DNA of 32,000 bases from Demequinaceae bacterium. Lineage in GTDB: Bacteria > Actinomycetota > Actinomycetes > Actinomycetales > Demequinaceae. Shown here piece by piece: positions 30,501-32,000 of the stretch. The notes below the pieces were generated by a model. The model saw only the letters and a program-made list of their open reading frames with translations. It did no database searches and was not told the DNA's origin. The stretch spans positions 1,860,001 through 1,892,000 of the forward strand of contig OZ252279.1 in NCBI GenBank assembly GCA_965250005.1, read 5' to 3'. The translations under genes were made by a program, and so were the position numbers. Position 1 is the first letter of the stretch. Each line of letters begins with the position of its first letter.

Positions 30501-32000
30501 CGCGGAACATCTGGGGGATACCTCGAAAATGGCACGCTCGCGTCAACAGTCGAACTGACACGTATCAGTGACGGCACAACAGTTGAAGACCTTGCAGACC
30601 TGTCTGGCATGCTTGCCGCAACTTCGACGGTGCGCCGCGAAGTTGATGGCCAAACGGTCACCGATACGCTCGCAACAGCCTCACACAGTGACTACACAAT
30701 TGAGCGGGCTGTCGCACTCGATGTGCGTGAAGTAGACCTCAATCTTGGGGTCGGTGCAGAACTGATCGAAGTTGGTGACGCAAACAACGACGGCAACGCG
30801 GACCTACTTGCCTGGCTTGCCGACAAGTCGTTGGTTCTGTATTACGGTGACGGCAACGGTGGCGTGACCGACGTTGACGGCACCGTTGTGTCTGCCGCAT
30901 GGAGCACAACGGCAGACAAAATTATTGCACCCGGATCGTGGGATTCAACCGTCGACGATTATGTAGACCTCATCGAAGTCAAAGACGGATATTTGCGACT
31001 ACATCGCGGTGCTGGCGATGGCACATGGGCGTCAACGAGCACCCAGATCGGTAGCGGTTGGGGCAGCTTCTTGGACATTTTGGTGCCAGGTGACTGGAGT
31101 GGCGACAGCAAACCTGACATCCTGCCCATTCAAACGGACAGCGACCTTCGGTTGTATACCGGCAACGGCACCGCCACATCCCCCACAACAGTCGGCGTCA
31201 TTGCCCAAATAGTTGATGAAGACTACATGCGTTTTGGCGACTTCGACGGCGACGGCAAAACTGATGCCGCACACCACTACGACACCGACTGGCATGCATC
31301 ATATTCTGGGACCGGCGACTGGATATTCCTTGGTGGCTCGCAATATGGGGCCGATCAGGTCCGTTTCGATGGCGACTTCGACGGCAACGGCACAACCGAT
31401 ATGGCAATGCACACGTCGAGCGGGTGGCGTGTGCAATGGGACTCCAACAGTTCCTGGGAATACATCAACGACAGCACCATTACCGCAAATCTGTGGTTCG
31501 TGGATGTTGGCGTCAAAACTGCAGGCGACCCCACCGGTGTGGATGACATCGTTTGGTTTACCGGAAGCAAATTTTCTGTGCGTTGGTCTGGCCAAGGAAA
31601 CTGGGTAGACCTCAACACGTCCACATTGGGTTCCGACAAATCCTTTGCCGATATTGACGGCGACGGTGAAGCCGACATGATCAAACAAAACACGCTCGGC
31701 TGGCTAGTGTGGTGGTCCGGTAAAGGCCCCTACGAATACATCAACACTGATCTCAGTGCTGGCGACAATGTTATGTTCGGCGACTTTGATGGTGATGGCA
31801 GCGACGATTTGGTGCGCCGACGCAACGGCAACTGGGAATACAACTCTGCTTTGTTAGCTGACAGTGCCGCCGAATGGACCCACCTCATAGCCGAAGGTGG
31901 CACCAGCGGTGAAGGTGGTGTCTACGACTACGACGACTTCCACTATGAGGTGTGGGATTTTGATGGCAACGGCACATCAGATCTTGTCCGCTCCGGTGAC
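27585..32000 (+). CDS. N-terminal part (at least 1472 codons, open at window end) of a giant secreted RHS/SpvB-type protein with FG-GAP/VCBS repeats
   Basis: Continuous ORF translated by hand: MGRVRLGLVAVFVAAALVVSGTPAWT; PSPEPSATPNPEPSPEPSPEPSPEPSVEPSA linker; SGAFTYSLPIEVPPAQAGAAPNVSLSYSSAGADAKTESTNGQTSVLGEGWANPTNFIERLYLPC; repeated FGDFDGDGKTDA, DGDFDGNGTTDM, FADIDGDGEADM, FGDFDGDGSDDL, WDFDGNGTSDL. Not in the ORF track. Confidence 0.9.
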   Translation, partial: MGRVRLGLVAVFVAAALVVSGTPAWTVDLSPSPDSTATPSVEPSPEPSATPNPEPSPEPSPEPSPEPSVEPSASVNDFVWSDPDPVDSVEGNPGGVPRDVGLGRLPSFGAEQSSGVEHRVFDFDVMSGTDFEVAVAEGTSGVDGSVVVAVGAVPLDDVIRRVYGSSGLYFPGELRGRPDLVAASRPSADVGEHVIVEQRPGADASIPGAAFTLSVDVGGLNEDARWVDVAVNMSLVEHLFGANYVDRLQFVLLPECALTSRKNRDCFAGLPLESSRNGLTGVTTIAAPANARTLADVDGFNSRPVSVDVIHSGDLAAEFAASQGLKFAGTGGGTIIVAVSGASGQAGDFSATDLAAQGTWGVSEQSGAFTYSLPIEVPPAQAGAAPNVSLSYSSAGADAKTESTNGQTSVLGEGWANPTNFIERLYLPCNADEYGTNLLDKCWHSPYTSVPGEAAYTVSLNGATYDLIWDGGNRYRTSTEIGWRVTRHWGANNGDGGEADSDDEGEYFLVQVPDGSRYYFGYGHVGVSGSPTNSVATVPVFGDDTGEPRCGTDANDECVQGYRWMLDISVDASNNASTYTYTRDTNHYALKGDVNRITEYTAAIRLDDIKYGLVWGGLDVGVGTQQADAKVQYVYVERCVQAANYLGTLATTPAVNCPDMDEDNAHFYPDVPIDLLCDAATGSNPCAATHNSPVFFTTERLDQITTSVRDWADVDTNSDWVPVATTQLLAGYPMTGDGSARNLWLDGVYTKAWGEFGNVDDDLQTYVIKFDPIQLNNRVDFIPGDDDRRAVDRLRIERVRTEFGGHIEVEYARDIDGVGDADPDDPYGLTVCEADGFVNEAAIDTYYDTVFANGWDENSQLCSPSSNADDAPTFHKYMVTEVRLVDAVAPVPVDADEDGDFEEATSSDFFDYLTTVNRYDYIGEPAWAYADSIMSERGQGGQTWNVFRGYEIVESWVGENLTDYAVTRNQYYRGTSGGYLENGTLASTVELTRISDGTTVEDLADLSGMLAATSTVRREVDGQTVTDTLATASHSDYTIERAVALDVREVDLNLGVGAELIEVGDANNDGNADLLAWLADKSLVLYYGDGNGGVTDVDGTVVSAAWSTTADKIIAPGSWDSTVDDYVDLIEVKDGYLRLHRGAGDGTWASTSTQIGSGWGSFLDILVPGDWSGDSKPDILPIQTDSDLRLYTGNGTATSPTTVGVIAQIVDEDYMRFGDFDGDGKTDAAHHYDTDWHASYSGTGDWIFLGGSQYGADQVRFDGDFDGNGTTDMAMHTSSGWRVQWDSNSSWEYINDSTITANLWFVDVGVKTAGDPTGVDDIVWFTGSKFSVRWSGQGNWVDLNTSTLGSDKSFADIDGDGEADMIKQNTLGWLVWWSGKGPYEYINTDLSAGDNVMFGDFDGDGSDDLVRRRNGNWEYNSALLADSAAEWTHLIAEGGTSGEGGVYDYDDFHYEVWDFDGNGTSDLVRSGD

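Overview
This 32 kb window is high-GC actinobacterial-type chromosome. The first ~23.7 kb is mostly housekeeping: xseB (partial), an LRV-type repeat protein, xseA, ispH, rmuC, a DUF1697 protein, ychF, typA/bipA, a VanW-domain protein, fdxA, dapC, citrate synthase, dapD, dapE, a LOG-family protein, a DUF3117 protein and a class I SAM O-methyltransferase. Embedded in it are two secreted proteins with Pro-Thr tandem-repeat linkers and nearly identical LAETG sortase-type C-termini. The second has its N-terminal half out of frame with its repeat tract and anchor. Two perfect TGTGA-N6-TCACA (CRP/GlxR-like) palindromes lie upstream of the first. From ~23.7 kb the locus is rearranged. A 208-bp segment (the upstream region of the O-methyltransferase gene) is present twice with one mismatch, flanking a 1.3-kb IS3-family element whose orfB has an in-frame amber codon. 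Downstream are a secreted DNRLRE-type protein and an ORF of at least 1472 codons, absent from the supplied track because it runs off the window. That ORF has a signal peptide, Pro-Glu-Ser linker, SpvB/RHS-type N-terminal domain and about eight FG-GAP/VCBS-like calcium-binding repeats. It looks like the N-terminal part of a giant secreted RHS/YD polymorphic-toxin-like protein; any toxin tip and immunity gene would lie beyond position 32000. This locus is the best candidate for something new, but the decisive sequence is outside the window.
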